NCBI GenBank assembly: GCA_017483145.1
Contig: JAFULT010000020.1
Span: 1-48,288, forward strand
Direction of reading: 5' to 3'
From: Oscillospiraceae bacterium
GTDB lineage: Bacteria; Bacillota; Clostridia; Oscillospirales; Ruminococcaceae
DNA length: 48,288 nucleotides
In this document: positions 7,771 to 16,706 of the stretch, one piece after another
Layout: each line of letters begins with the position of its first letter
How positions within the stretch are numbered: the stretch's first letter is position 1
The notes under the pieces: generated by a model
What the model was told of the DNA's origin: nothing
The model's input: the letters and a program-made list of their open reading frames with translations, nothing else
Database searches by the model: none
Made by a program: the position numbers and the translations under genes

Positions 7771-8361
7771 ATGTCTGGCAATGTGTCAAATGAAACTCTG
7801 AAAAAATATGCAAGGAAAGCCAGTGAAGTATTTATGGAAGACCCTGTATATATGCTGGTTTCAAAAAATGAAAAAATCAGAAAAACAGTAATTTATCACG
7901 GTGTGCTTATTAGACTTTACGATTCAAGAAACAATGGAGACCTTTTCTATTTTGATGAAGAGGAAAGAGGTCTTCTGGTTTTGAGAAAGGTTGTGAGAAG
8001 CCTGCAGTTTTCACAATTTATGAAATGTCCTAATTTTATGGCTTTGTTTTTGTTGCTGCCATATGTGCTGAAACTTTTTTCCATTATCGGTAAGTTTGAC
8101 AGCAGGGGTGTTTTTGGTGATGACAGTTATATGATATCTCCGATATTTGTGGCAAAGGAACATCAGAAAAAAGGTGTTGCATCTGCACTTGTGAAAAAGG
8201 CCGCAGCAGATATCCTGCCAGCAGGTTACAAAATATGCCTTGATACACAGAACCCGGCCAATGTGGAAAAATATGAAAAAATGGGTTTCCGCCTGGCTAA
8301 AGAAGAATATTACGAAGAAGACGGGCTGCATAACTACTATATGGTTATGGAACAGGACTGA
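7771..8361 (+). CDS. GNAT-family N-acetyltransferase, tandem paralogue 3 of 5
   Basis: 196 aa with a GAAGGAG RBS. Motifs FYFDEEERGLLVLR, HQKKGVASALVKK and LDTQNPANVEKYEKMGF. Confidence 0.8.
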   Translation: MSGNVSNETLKKYARKASEVFMEDPVYMLVSKNEKIRKTVIYHGVLIRLYDSRNNGDLFYFDEEERGLLVLRKVVRSLQFSQFMKCPNFMALFLLLPYVLKLFSIIGKFDSRGVFGDDSYMISPIFVAKEHQKKGVASALVKKAAADILPAGYKICLDTQNPANVEKYEKMGFRLAKEEYYEEDGLHNYYMVMEQD

Positions 8362-8390
8362 AAACAGTGTTTGCTGACAGGAGATACAGT

Positions 8391-8981
8391 ATGAACAATA
8401 TATCTGACGAAACATTAAAAAAATATGCTGAAATGGCTGCCGAGGCTTTTATGGATGACCCGGTATACAAATATGTTGCCAGAAAAGAAAAAACAAGAAA
8501 AAAGGTAATCTATCACCGGATACTCAGCAGACTTTATATTTCAAGAGAAACTGACCTTTTCTATTTTGACGAAGAAGGGCACGGCTTGCTGGTGCTGCGT
8601 CACATAAAAGATGACTATAAACCGGAGCAGTTTATGAAAGTTCCCAACTATAAAGAGATGTTTTTTGTTGTGCCGTATATGATTAAATTTTCCGGTGTGA
8701 CAGACCATTTTGACAACAAAAAGTATATGGATGATAACACATATATTGTATCTCCGATTTTTGTGGCAAAGGAACACCAGGGAAAAGGCATAGGTATGAA
8801 ACTTCTTGAAAGAGCCAAGAAAGATATGGCTGGAAAAGGCTGTAAACTTGGTCTTGACACACAGAATCCTGCCAATGTGGATTTTTATGAAAAAGCAGGT
8901 TTTAAACTGGTAAAACACGAATTTTATGACAGGGAACAGGTTGACAATTACTATATGGTATGGGAAAATAATAACCTGTAA
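8391..8981 (+). CDS. GNAT-family N-acetyltransferase, tandem paralogue 4 of 5
   Basis: Start moved to ATG 8391 (AGGAG RBS), which aligns the N-terminus MNNISDETLKKYA with its paralogues. Motifs HQGKGIGMKLLERA and GLDTQNPANVDFYEKAGF. Confidence 0.8.
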   Translation: MNNISDETLKKYAEMAAEAFMDDPVYKYVARKEKTRKKVIYHRILSRLYISRETDLFYFDEEGHGLLVLRHIKDDYKPEQFMKVPNYKEMFFVVPYMIKFSGVTDHFDNKKYMDDNTYIVSPIFVAKEHQGKGIGMKLLERAKKDMAGKGCKLGLDTQNPANVDFYEKAGFKLVKHEFYDREQVDNYYMVWENNNL

Positions 8982-9024
8982 TATTTCTTTTTATAACTTT
9001 TTTATAATTACAAGGAGCAATATA

Positions 9025-9606
9025 ATGAACAACATATCAAATGATGTCCTTAAAAAATATGCCCGTATGGCGGCAAAGGCTTTTATGACCAATCCCGGTT
9101 ATGTGCTTTCCTGTGATAACGAAAGCAAAAAAGAAGATTTTATCTACAATGTGGTGCTGATGAGACTTTATATTTCACGCAAAACAGATATTTTCTATTT
9201 TGATGAAGAGGGTAGAGGTCTGCTGGTGTTGCGCAAGGCAGGTATGGATTATCCTGCAAGCGAAGTTCTGAAAGTTCCTAATATTCTGGGCCTTCTGAAA
9301 AACTTTTCATTTGTGTCCAGATTGCTCAGTGTTACAGGCGTATACAGCAGTAAAGGTCTGTACGATGAAGAAAAAACATACATTGTTTCCCCTGTATTTG
9401 TTGATGTGAACTATCAGGGCAAGGGTGTAGGTACACAGCTGCTGAAAAGAGCAATTGCCGATATGGAGAAAAAAGGTTATAAAGTGGGTCTTGATACAAT
9501 GGAACCATCCAATGTACCATATTACGAAAAACTGGGCTTCAAGCTTATTGATAAACAGTACAATGAAAAAGCCGATGCATATTCCTGGTATATGATTCAC
9601 GAATAA
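9025..9606 (+). CDS. GNAT-family N-acetyltransferase, tandem paralogue 5 of 5 (most divergent)
   Basis: Start moved to ATG 9025 (AAGGAG RBS), N-terminus MNNISNDVLKKYA. Motifs YQGKGVGTQLLKRA and GLDTMEPSNVPYYEKLGF. Confidence 0.8.
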   Translation: MNNISNDVLKKYARMAAKAFMTNPGYVLSCDNESKKEDFIYNVVLMRLYISRKTDIFYFDEEGRGLLVLRKAGMDYPASEVLKVPNILGLLKNFSFVSRLLSVTGVYSSKGLYDEEKTYIVSPVFVDVNYQGKGVGTQLLKRAIADMEKKGYKVGLDTMEPSNVPYYEKLGFKLIDKQYNEKADAYSWYMIHE

Positions 9607-9614
9607 AAATAAAA

Positions 9615-9645
9615 CCGTCTGTGAAATTCACAGGCGGCTTTTTAT
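9615..9645 (+). terminator. Rho-independent terminator of the GNAT array
   Basis: ccgtctgtg / cacaggcgg stem (one G-U pair) followed by CTTTTTAT. Confidence 0.7.
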
Positions 9646-9676
9646 ATAAAAGAAAAGGTCCGTATATTACGGACCT
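9646..9676 (-). terminator. Rho-independent terminator of the NhaC-family gene
   Basis: Perfect 9-bp stem aggtccgta/tacggacct. The minus strand reads a T-rich run after it. Confidence 0.65.
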
Positions 9677-9693
9677 TATTCTGTATAAGCTGA

Positions 9694-11193
9694 TTAATTC
9701 TGATTTTTGTGTTTTGTTTTCAGCACAGTCAGAATACCAAACATTGTAACAAGTGCTGATACCACTGTAAAAATCCAGTTCTGTGTAAAGCCTGCAACAA
9801 TATAGCCTACAGCACAGCTTAATGCAACTACCATAGCATACGGCATCTGTGTGGAAACGTGGTTCACGTGGTTGCACTGTGCACCGGCACTGGCCATGAT
9901 TGTTGTGTCAGAGATAGGTGAAATATGATCGCCGCAAATTGCACCTGCCAGAACAGCTGCAATGGCAATTACCAGCAGCGTACTGCCTTCGCTGAAGATT
10001 TCTGTTGCAATAGGGATAAGGATGGAGAATGTGCCCCAGCTTGTGCCTGTTGCAAATGCCAGACCTGTTGCGATTGCAAACAGCACCAGAGGGAAGATAC
10101 CCAGACTGATTGTGCTGCCTTCCAGCGCGGCTTCTACAAACGCACCGGCATTCAGCATATCAGAGCAGAAACCGCCCAGTGTCCATGCCAGAATCAGAAT
10201 GATAATGGCGCTTACCATCATCTGAAAACCTTCCGGAATACATTCTGCAAATTCTTTGAAAGTAATAACTTTTCTTGGAATATAAAGCAGGAATGTAAAG
10301 ATAAGTGCATAGAAAGAACCGAGAACAAGACCCAGCGAAGCATCGCAGGTTGCAAATGCTGTGATAAAATCAACACCATCAAAGAAACCGCCTGTGTATA
10401 CCATACAAGTGATACAGGATGCAATCAGGAACAGTACAGGCAGCACCAGGTCTATAACCTTGCCTTTGCCGCTTACAGGCAGTTCTCTTTCGCTGTGATA
10501 TTCAGAAGAGCCGCTGTACAGGTCGCCTGTTGTTTTTGCATTGTGTTCAAAACGGGCCATAGGACCAAAGTCAAAATCACTCATTGCCATATAAACAACC
10601 ATAATCATTGTCAGCCAGGCATACAGGTTATATGGGATTGTCTGCAGGAAAAGGCTGAAGCCATCACCGCTTGTATAGCCGGAAACTGCAGCTGCCCAAG
10701 AGGAAATAGGGGCGATAATACATACAGGTGCTGCTGTGGCATCAATAATGTATGCCAGCTTTGCACGGGAAATATTGTATCTGTCTGTTACAGGGCGCAT
10801 AACGCTGCCTACTGTGAGACAGTTGAAATAGTCGTCAACAAAAATCAGTGCGCCCAGACCAAATGTGGACAGCATAGCGCCGCGTCTTGATGTGATTTTT
10901 TTGTTTGCCCATTCTCCGTAAGATGCAGAGCCGCCAGCCCTTGTCATAAGGGCAACCAGAATACCCAGAAATACAAGGAAAATCAGAATACCGATATTCC
11001 AGGAATCACCCAGTTTTGAAATCATCACTTCAAAAATGGCTTCTGTTGTGCCGATTGGTGAAAAGTTTGCATACAGTAATGCGCCTGAAATAATGCCGAT
11101 AAAAAGCGACATATATACTTCCTTGGTAATCAATGCCAGCGCAATAGCAATGATTGGTGGTACCAGTGACCAGAATGTACCTACAAAATTCAT
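9694..11193 (-). CDS. NhaC-family Na+/H+ antiporter-type transporter (candidate lysine-related transporter)
   Basis: Start moved to ATG 11193 (AAGGAG RBS), giving 499 aa. About 12 TM segments with an NhaC-like N-terminus MNFVGTFWSLVPPIIAIALALITKE. Preceded by a lysine riboswitch. Confidence 0.8.
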   Translation of the reverse strand: MNFVGTFWSLVPPIIAIALALITKEVYMSLFIGIISGALLYANFSPIGTTEAIFEVMISKLGDSWNIGILIFLVFLGILVALMTRAGGSASYGEWANKKITSRRGAMLSTFGLGALIFVDDYFNCLTVGSVMRPVTDRYNISRAKLAYIIDATAAPVCIIAPISSWAAAVSGYTSGDGFSLFLQTIPYNLYAWLTMIMVVYMAMSDFDFGPMARFEHNAKTTGDLYSGSSEYHSERELPVSGKGKVIDLVLPVLFLIASCITCMVYTGGFFDGVDFITAFATCDASLGLVLGSFYALIFTFLLYIPRKVITFKEFAECIPEGFQMMVSAIIILILAWTLGGFCSDMLNAGAFVEAALEGSTISLGIFPLVLFAIATGLAFATGTSWGTFSILIPIATEIFSEGSTLLVIAIAAVLAGAICGDHISPISDTTIMASAGAQCNHVNHVSTQMPYAMVVALSCAVGYIVAGFTQNWIFTVVSALVTMFGILTVLKTKHKNQN

Positions 11194-11255
11194 AATTTTT
11201 CTCCTTTGTGCTTTGCAGCAATATAATTTTTCAATAAAGAGCCGATAGCATAAAG

Positions 11256-11290
11256 TCAAAAAATATGGCATGCACAAAAGTGCACACCAT
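11256..11290 (-). terminator. Intrinsic terminator, expression platform of the lysine riboswitch
   Basis: Minus strand reads atggtgtgcac-tttt-gtgcatgccat (11-bp stem including G-U pairs) followed by ATATTTTTT. It lies between the aptamer and the RBS. Confidence 0.7.
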
Positions 11291-11320
11291 AGCCAATAAA
11301 ACCCATAAGGGTAGTATTAA

Positions 11321-11493
11321 AACTTTAGATAGCACTCCACTTACGTGACAGTCCGTTACATATTCTGCAACAGCCCAGCGCCCGCCGCTTAAAGGAACAG
11401 TCGGGAACTTCGGCACAGCTTCCCTTTCACCTTTGCCGCCTTTACGGTTTTGCCAAAGGTTACTGATGAGCTATGCTCCTCTATCGAAACTTT
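11321..11493 (-). promoter_or_regulatory. Lysine riboswitch (L-box) aptamer
   Basis: Minus strand reads cgatAGAGGagcatagctcatcAGTAacctttgg...ggtGAAAGGGaagctgtGCCGAAGttcc...gcgCTGGgctgttgcagaatATGTAAcGGaCTGTCAcg. This matches the conserved blocks of the B. subtilis lysC leader as I recall them (GATAGAGG, AGTA, CCTTTGG, GAAAGGG, GCCGAAG, CTGG, ATGTAA, CTGTCA). Confidence 0.85.
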
Positions 11494-11506
11494 ATTTAAT
11501 GATGGG

Positions 11507-11535
11507 AGTATATCACAGTTTTTATTGGTTGTCAA
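11507..11535 (-). promoter_or_regulatory. Sigma-A promoter driving the lysine riboswitch and NhaC-family gene
   Basis: Minus strand reads TTGACA, a 17-nt spacer ending in a TGA extended -10, then TATACT, about 15 nt upstream of the aptamer. Confidence 0.65.
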
Positions 11536-11725
11536 ATGGAAATATATACTGTTTTTTAACAAAATAGTATTAAATAGGACTATAAAACGTCCAAAAATCC
11601 AGTTTCTTCATTGTTTTTTATATATTGATACAAATTAATTTAAAATTATTCCTGTTTTTTGTAGCTTTTACAAAATTTGAGCCGAAAGAGAAATCCCGGA
11701 TATTTTTACATATCCGGGATATATT

Positions 11726-12496
11726 TTATTGCATTTTACTTAAATCTGTATCAGAAATTTTTTTGGCAATCACTATGTATCTGCCGTCTTCATAATTGAA
11801 TTCACAGGTGGATAAAAGCAGCAGCTGGTCGCCATAGCCGGTATTTACACCGGTAGAGTAGCTGGATGCCGCCTTTGCCTTGGCTATAAAATCGTTGAAT
11901 TCTGCCTCGTTGGCAAAATACGGGTAGGCGTTGTAGTAATAATCTGTGTTGGCCAGGTCTATGCGGGCAGAAACAACCACTTCATATGTGCCAAATCCTG
12001 CCATTGTGTCAAAGCCTATATACTTGTGCTGTTCCCAGTAAGACTTGCTGGCATAGCTTTCCACCGCACTGAACATTGTTTTGTTCAGCATATTGTGGCC
12101 ATAGATAACAATAGTGTCACCTTCGTTGGCATCACATTTATAATCCATAAAAGGCACGCCGTAGCTGCTGTAGTTTTCTTCAAAATCACGGCGCAGATAA
12201 TATTCCGGGTCATTTTTTGTCTGCATTACAGGGTAACTCAGCGGAGTGTCCGGAATATATATCCAACCAATAAAATCGTTGTTCATATCATATACAGACT
12301 GATATTTTTCAGCTGCTGTGGCATAGGTGGTTTCTTCAGTTTCATCATTCTGCACTATCTGTTCCAGCTTTTCGTACTGCTGCCGGGTTTTGTCACCCTC
12401 CTGTTTGTTGCAATACAGCCTGTAGCCGGAATAGGCCAGCATACACAGCAGAAATACTATGGTTATGTTTATCAGTATATCAGCAGATTTTTTCAT
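11726..12496 (-). CDS. srtB: Class B sortase
   Basis: 256 aa with a GGGAGG RBS and an N-terminal TM anchor. Motifs NNDFIGWIYIPDTPLSYPVMQTKNDPEYYLRRDF, catalytic His in IYGHNM and Cys in LLSTC. Confidence 0.8.
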   Translation of the reverse strand: MKKSADILINITIVFLLCMLAYSGYRLYCNKQEGDKTRQQYEKLEQIVQNDETEETTYATAAEKYQSVYDMNNDFIGWIYIPDTPLSYPVMQTKNDPEYYLRRDFEENYSSYGVPFMDYKCDANEGDTIVIYGHNMLNKTMFSAVESYASKSYWEQHKYIGFDTMAGFGTYEVVVSARIDLANTDYYYNAYPYFANEAEFNDFIAKAKAASSYSTGVNTGYGDQLLLLSTCEFNYEDGRYIVIAKKISDTDLSKMQ

Positions 12497-12595
12497 AATA
12501 TTCCTCCCGTATGGCTGTTTATATCATTATACAATATCTGATGTGTCGTATCAAACAAAAAAGGCGGGGAAGCCCGCCTTTTTGATGGTTTGTTA

Positions 12596-13990
12596 TTAAT
12601 AATCCAGTTTGTGCAGTTCGTACATGGACAGGATAATGATTTCCAGAGCGCTCATAAAGCCGTCAATGGAGTATCCTTCTTCAGCCATATGTGCTGTACC
12701 TACAAAGTCTGGCAGTTCATCGCCTTTTGGTTCAATACCGAAAGCAACACCCAATGGGAAGCTTCTTGCATATGTACCGCCGCCGATTGTGTAAGGTTTT
12801 GTGTTCTGACCTGTGATTTCGTTGTATGTGTCCTGCATTGCTCTGATGATTGGAGTTTCAGGGTCGATAAACATAGGTTTGGAACCTTTTGCAGTTGGTA
12901 CATAACCGCCGATAGCTTCAAACTGTGGAGCAAGGATGGAATGCATCTTGTCTGGGTCTGTGTTTGTTGGGTAGCGGATGTTGATGTGCTGGCTGAATAC
13001 GCCATCTTCAAATGCAATGATACCGCCGATACATGTCAGTGGTTCAAAATAGCCGTCATCAGCATCGATGCCAAGACCACTGCCGTCTGTTACGCCGTGC
13101 AGTTTTGCCAGCAGTTCAAAGTATGGTTTTTCTTCTTCGCTGAACAGGTTGTTTTCCAGACCGTAAGCTACCAGCATACCGATGGCATTTTTTGTGCCGT
13201 TAGGGAATGCAGCGTGACCGCCGATACCGTGTGCAACAACTTTTACGCCGTCTTCCACTTCAACAACTTCCAGACCTTCGCCTGCAGGGAAATTGCCAAC
13301 ACCTTTTTTGAATGTAACTTCTGCCAGGTCAGGGATAACATTGCCTGCTGTACCTGCATTGAATTTTACCACGTTGCTGTTTTCCATTTTTTTGCTGAAC
13401 AGTTTAAAGGAAACAATACCTTTTTCACCACAGCAAACAGGGAAGTTTGCGTCAGGTGAGAAGATAAACAGTGGTGCTTTTTCCTTTTTCTGATAGTAAG
13501 CCACGTCAGAAGAACCTGTTTCTTCGTCTGTACCCCAGATAGCTCTTGTTGTGTAGCGCAGCTTCATGCCCTGTTCTTTAAAGAATTTCAGCATGTACAT
13601 TGTCAGCACGGATGCGCCTTTGTTGTCGCATACACCGCGGCCCAGCAGCCAGCCGTCAATTTCTCTTACTGTAAATGGGTCAGCTTTCCAGCCGTTGCCT
13701 TCAGGCACAACGTCCAGATGGCATACTGTTGCCAGATAGTCTTCGCTTTCGCCTGGCAGTTCAGCATAGCCGATGTAGTTGTCCACGTTCACTGTTTTCA
13801 GACCAAAGCGGTCAGCCATTTCCAGTGCTTTATCCAGCGCTGCTCTTGGGCCCGGGCCGAATGGCATACCTTCGCCAGGCTGTCCGGCTACAGATTTGAT
13901 AGCAACCAGGTCTTTGATATCCTGGATGATAGCTTCTTTATTTTCCTGTACAAATTCCTGTACTTTTGCTCTCAGATTAGCGTCAATCAT
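12596..13990 (-). CDS. pepV: Dipeptidase PepV-like (M20 family)
   Basis: 464 aa with a GGAGG RBS. Motifs VCHLDVVPEGNGW, GRGVCDNKG and SPDANFPV, with length typical of PepV/Sapep dipeptidases. Confidence 0.8.
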   Translation of the reverse strand: MIDANLRAKVQEFVQENKEAIIQDIKDLVAIKSVAGQPGEGMPFGPGPRAALDKALEMADRFGLKTVNVDNYIGYAELPGESEDYLATVCHLDVVPEGNGWKADPFTVREIDGWLLGRGVCDNKGASVLTMYMLKFFKEQGMKLRYTTRAIWGTDEETGSSDVAYYQKKEKAPLFIFSPDANFPVCCGEKGIVSFKLFSKKMENSNVVKFNAGTAGNVIPDLAEVTFKKGVGNFPAGEGLEVVEVEDGVKVVAHGIGGHAAFPNGTKNAIGMLVAYGLENNLFSEEEKPYFELLAKLHGVTDGSGLGIDADDGYFEPLTCIGGIIAFEDGVFSQHINIRYPTNTDPDKMHSILAPQFEAIGGYVPTAKGSKPMFIDPETPIIRAMQDTYNEITGQNTKPYTIGGGTYARSFPLGVAFGIEPKGDELPDFVGTAHMAEEGYSIDGFMSALEIIILSMYELHKLDY

Positions 13991-14119
13991 GAAAGAACCT
14001 CCGTTTTTTAATTAATTATCATAATTATAACATAAATAAATAGTAAAATCACTATGGAAATTTAAAGAAGAATAGTATATAATATTATTTTAGTGACAAA
14101 AAAATAAAAGGATGTAAAA

Positions 14120-14482
14120 ATGGCAAAGAAAATAGATACAAGTAAAATTGATATAAATAAAATGTTTATCGGCGGTCTGCTGCTGTTTATCGGTGTAATG
14201 ATGCTTTTCCGCTATTTCAATACTGAAAAAGGTGACGTGGCTATGGTGCGGTTTGACGGCACAGATGTGCGTTATGAAATCAGCCTTGAAGAAGACCGTA
14301 TTATTGAAATTACAGAAGGCAACTTCCTTGTAACACTGGAAGTCAAAGATGGTCAGATACGTTTTATCAACTCCATTTGTCCGGACCATCTGTGTGAAGG
14401 TTTTGGCTTTATCAGCAATGAAGACGAATACGCTATCTGTATGCCTGCAGGTGTGGCGGTGTTGATTACAGACGAAAGATAA
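14120..14482 (+). CDS. NusG domain II-containing membrane-anchored protein
   Basis: 120 aa with an N-terminal TM. The C-terminal CPDHLCEGFGFISNEDEYAICMPAGVAVLI resembles the NusG_II (DUF1312) signature. Confidence 0.65.
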   Translation: MAKKIDTSKIDINKMFIGGLLLFIGVMMLFRYFNTEKGDVAMVRFDGTDVRYEISLEEDRIIEITEGNFLVTLEVKDGQIRFINSICPDHLCEGFGFISNEDEYAICMPAGVAVLITDER

Positions 14483-14534
14483 AATAACATAAAATTACTC
14501 CCTTGTGACCGGTTTCACAAGGGAGTTTCTATTT

Positions 14535-16706
14535 TTATTTATAAATACCCATATAATCAATATTAGCATATTTTTCATACAATGGCAGATATCTGTCAAC
14601 AAGGCTGATATATTCCAGGCGTGTAATTCTTTTGTCGTTATAGAAAAAAATCGGTGCTTCCATATCTCCCAGGTCATACCAGTTCCAGCTGAAATTAACC
14701 TTGTCTTTTACAGACCCGTCAAGGTTGTATGTATAGAACCAATATTCCACATATTCCATTTTTCTCATACGGCCGCATACCATACCGTTGGCCAGTATGC
14801 CACAGCCACCGTCGCCACCACCGGCAGGCGGTGTTTCCAGACTTACCAGCTGCCCGTTATAAAAAGTATATATCTCCAGATATCCCCACTCATGTGGGAT
14901 AATCAGCTCCGGTACATTGTCTGCTGTAAGTTCATATAGGCCGTATGTGCGAGCTGATTTTCCTGCGTTTTTTGAAAGATAAATATTATATGCCATCATG
15001 GCATCATTGTATCTTTTGCCTTTTGACATATCACTTTCCAGAAACAGGTCCTTTATTTCCGGTTCTGATTCCACTGTTTCCACCTTTTCAGGCTCTGTCA
15101 CAGGTGCAGTAGTCTGTGTATCCTGTGGCAGCAGGTCAGAATGGTCTTCGCTCAATACGGATACAATGTAATATTGCCCGTCAGTTATCTTCATAGTGAC
15201 GGTTTTGTTTTTTGTGTACAGCTTCAGCAGATTGTCTCCTGTCACACCGCCGATAAATTCCGGTGCAGTCAAATCGGAACGGTAGGTTATATAATACATA
15301 TCCAGCCGCTGTGAATAATATGTGCCATCAGTTTCTTTCAACTGCTGTGGTGTAATATCCAGATATTCTTTCAGCAGTGTCCTTACCTTGTTGCCCGGTA
15401 CTCTGAAAGCTGTGTCATGATCCAGTTCCACGCCGTCAATATACGGATAACAGCCTTCCTTTTTCAGCACAGCGATTTCAGCTTTGTTTCTGTAGGTCAG
15501 CATATTGCTGCTGTCTGTAAGAGAAAGAACAAGATTTGCCAGCGGATAATCCTGTGGTGTTTCAAAAACTGAATAGGGATAATCAGATCGGATAAAATAA
15601 TCCAGTTTTCCGCCCAGTCTGTTGGCTTTGTCAATTTCTGCCTGTGTCAGCCGGCGTGGATTGATTATGTTATCTGTAGGACGGCTGACTGTAACCACAT
15701 CATTTTCCGTAGTTGTGGTTTTTATCAGACTGCCATCTGTATTGTAATCAGTTGTAATGGTTTTTACTGTTTTATCTTTTGCAGTAAAAGTTTCTGTCTG
15801 TTGTGTCAGAATATTGTCACTTGTATATCTGCGTTCCTGCAAAACGGTTTTTTCTTCTGATTCACTTTTTTCTCGCAGTATATAATAGCTTGGATATACT
15901 GTTTTGTATTCAAAACCGGCTTCATCATAATAGCTTTCATAATTCAGCTGCTTATACCCATTGCGTATAAACTGTGTTTTTGTCAGAATATTGTTTTCAT
16001 AATAGTCCACACTTTTCAGATACTGCGAATCCGGCTTGTCATAATCATATTTTTCCACAGTTTCAAGATTGCCGTCTGTACTGTAAATATATGCATAGCG
16101 GTTTTTGCCATCTTCTTTGGAAGAAATTATTTTTTCAGACAGTCTGTTGTTTACGTAAATGTTTTCTTCTTTATACAGTTCATCGGTGTTGTTGCCCCAT
16201 ATTGCAAGAGAAACCATATTGCCGTTTTCATCATATTCATAAAATTTGCTCTGATATGTTTTACTGTTCCTGAATTCCTTTTCCGCAAAAATTCTGTCTT
16301 CCTTGTCAAAGTAAGAGAAAGTTACTCCGTCAGCAGTTTCCAGCTTTACAGCATCATTCTGAATATAGGCAATATGTGCATTTTTGTATGTGTTGACTAT
16401 GTCCATATTGGCATTGCCGGTCAGTGCCATAGCCTGTGTTTTTTCATACTTCCGGGCGTCTCGTGCATAGCTGTTTCCATACAGTGCCAGCAATGCGCCG
16501 TAGCCTTCCGGCCTTGTTTTATCCTTTGATAGGGCAACTTTATATGCCTTTATGGCTTTGTTGTACTGATTCTGACCAACATATGTATTGCCGGCTGTAT
16601 ACCGCCGTTCATAAGTAGGGTAAATAATATATGGCAGTGAATACATTGTTGCTATGGCAATAAAAACAGCGGCAACAACAGCAATCAGCTTTTTATTTTT
16701 TGTCAT
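14535..16706 (-). CDS. Large membrane-anchored protein with an N-terminal TPR-like segment and YD-like repeats, function unknown
   Basis: 723 aa with a GGAGA RBS and an N-terminal TM (LIAVVAAVFIAIATMY). TPR-like YVGQNQYNKAIKAYKVAL. Repeats of the type FYEYDENGNMVSL, YIYSTDGNLETVEKYDYD and DYNTDGSLIKTT. Overlaps the upstream VanW gene by 14 nt. Confidence 0.6.
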   Translation of the reverse strand: MTKNKKLIAVVAAVFIAIATMYSLPYIIYPTYERRYTAGNTYVGQNQYNKAIKAYKVALSKDKTRPEGYGALLALYGNSYARDARKYEKTQAMALTGNANMDIVNTYKNAHIAYIQNDAVKLETADGVTFSYFDKEDRIFAEKEFRNSKTYQSKFYEYDENGNMVSLAIWGNNTDELYKEENIYVNNRLSEKIISSKEDGKNRYAYIYSTDGNLETVEKYDYDKPDSQYLKSVDYYENNILTKTQFIRNGYKQLNYESYYDEAGFEYKTVYPSYYILREKSESEEKTVLQERRYTSDNILTQQTETFTAKDKTVKTITTDYNTDGSLIKTTTTENDVVTVSRPTDNIINPRRLTQAEIDKANRLGGKLDYFIRSDYPYSVFETPQDYPLANLVLSLTDSSNMLTYRNKAEIAVLKKEGCYPYIDGVELDHDTAFRVPGNKVRTLLKEYLDITPQQLKETDGTYYSQRLDMYYITYRSDLTAPEFIGGVTGDNLLKLYTKNKTVTMKITDGQYYIVSVLSEDHSDLLPQDTQTTAPVTEPEKVETVESEPEIKDLFLESDMSKGKRYNDAMMAYNIYLSKNAGKSARTYGLYELTADNVPELIIPHEWGYLEIYTFYNGQLVSLETPPAGGGDGGCGILANGMVCGRMRKMEYVEYWFYTYNLDGSVKDKVNFSWNWYDLGDMEAPIFFYNDKRITRLEYISLVDRYLPLYEKYANIDYMGIYK

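Noticed and set aside
6518-9606. GNAT array as an assembly artefact or a very recent duplication
   Set aside because: The five copies differ at most positions at the nucleotide level and have different spacers and start contexts. Collapsed or duplicated assembly would give near-identical copies.
9925-10890. 321-aa plus-strand ORF, Cys-rich
   Set aside because: It is antisense to the NhaC-family transporter gene, with no RBS and non-protein-like composition.
11231-11416. 61-aa minus-strand ORF upstream of the NhaC-family gene
   Set aside because: It overlaps the lysine riboswitch aptamer and terminator, so the region is a structured leader and not coding sequence.
12590-13459. 289-aa plus-strand ORF antisense to pepV. 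Similar long antisense ORFs occur at 16750-17475, 25402-25914, 26393-27205, 27227-28306, 31426-32391, 39370-40047 and 40078-40614.
   Set aside because: All lie opposite genes with clear family motifs and good RBSs. They are Cys/Phe/Val-rich shadow frames with no start context.
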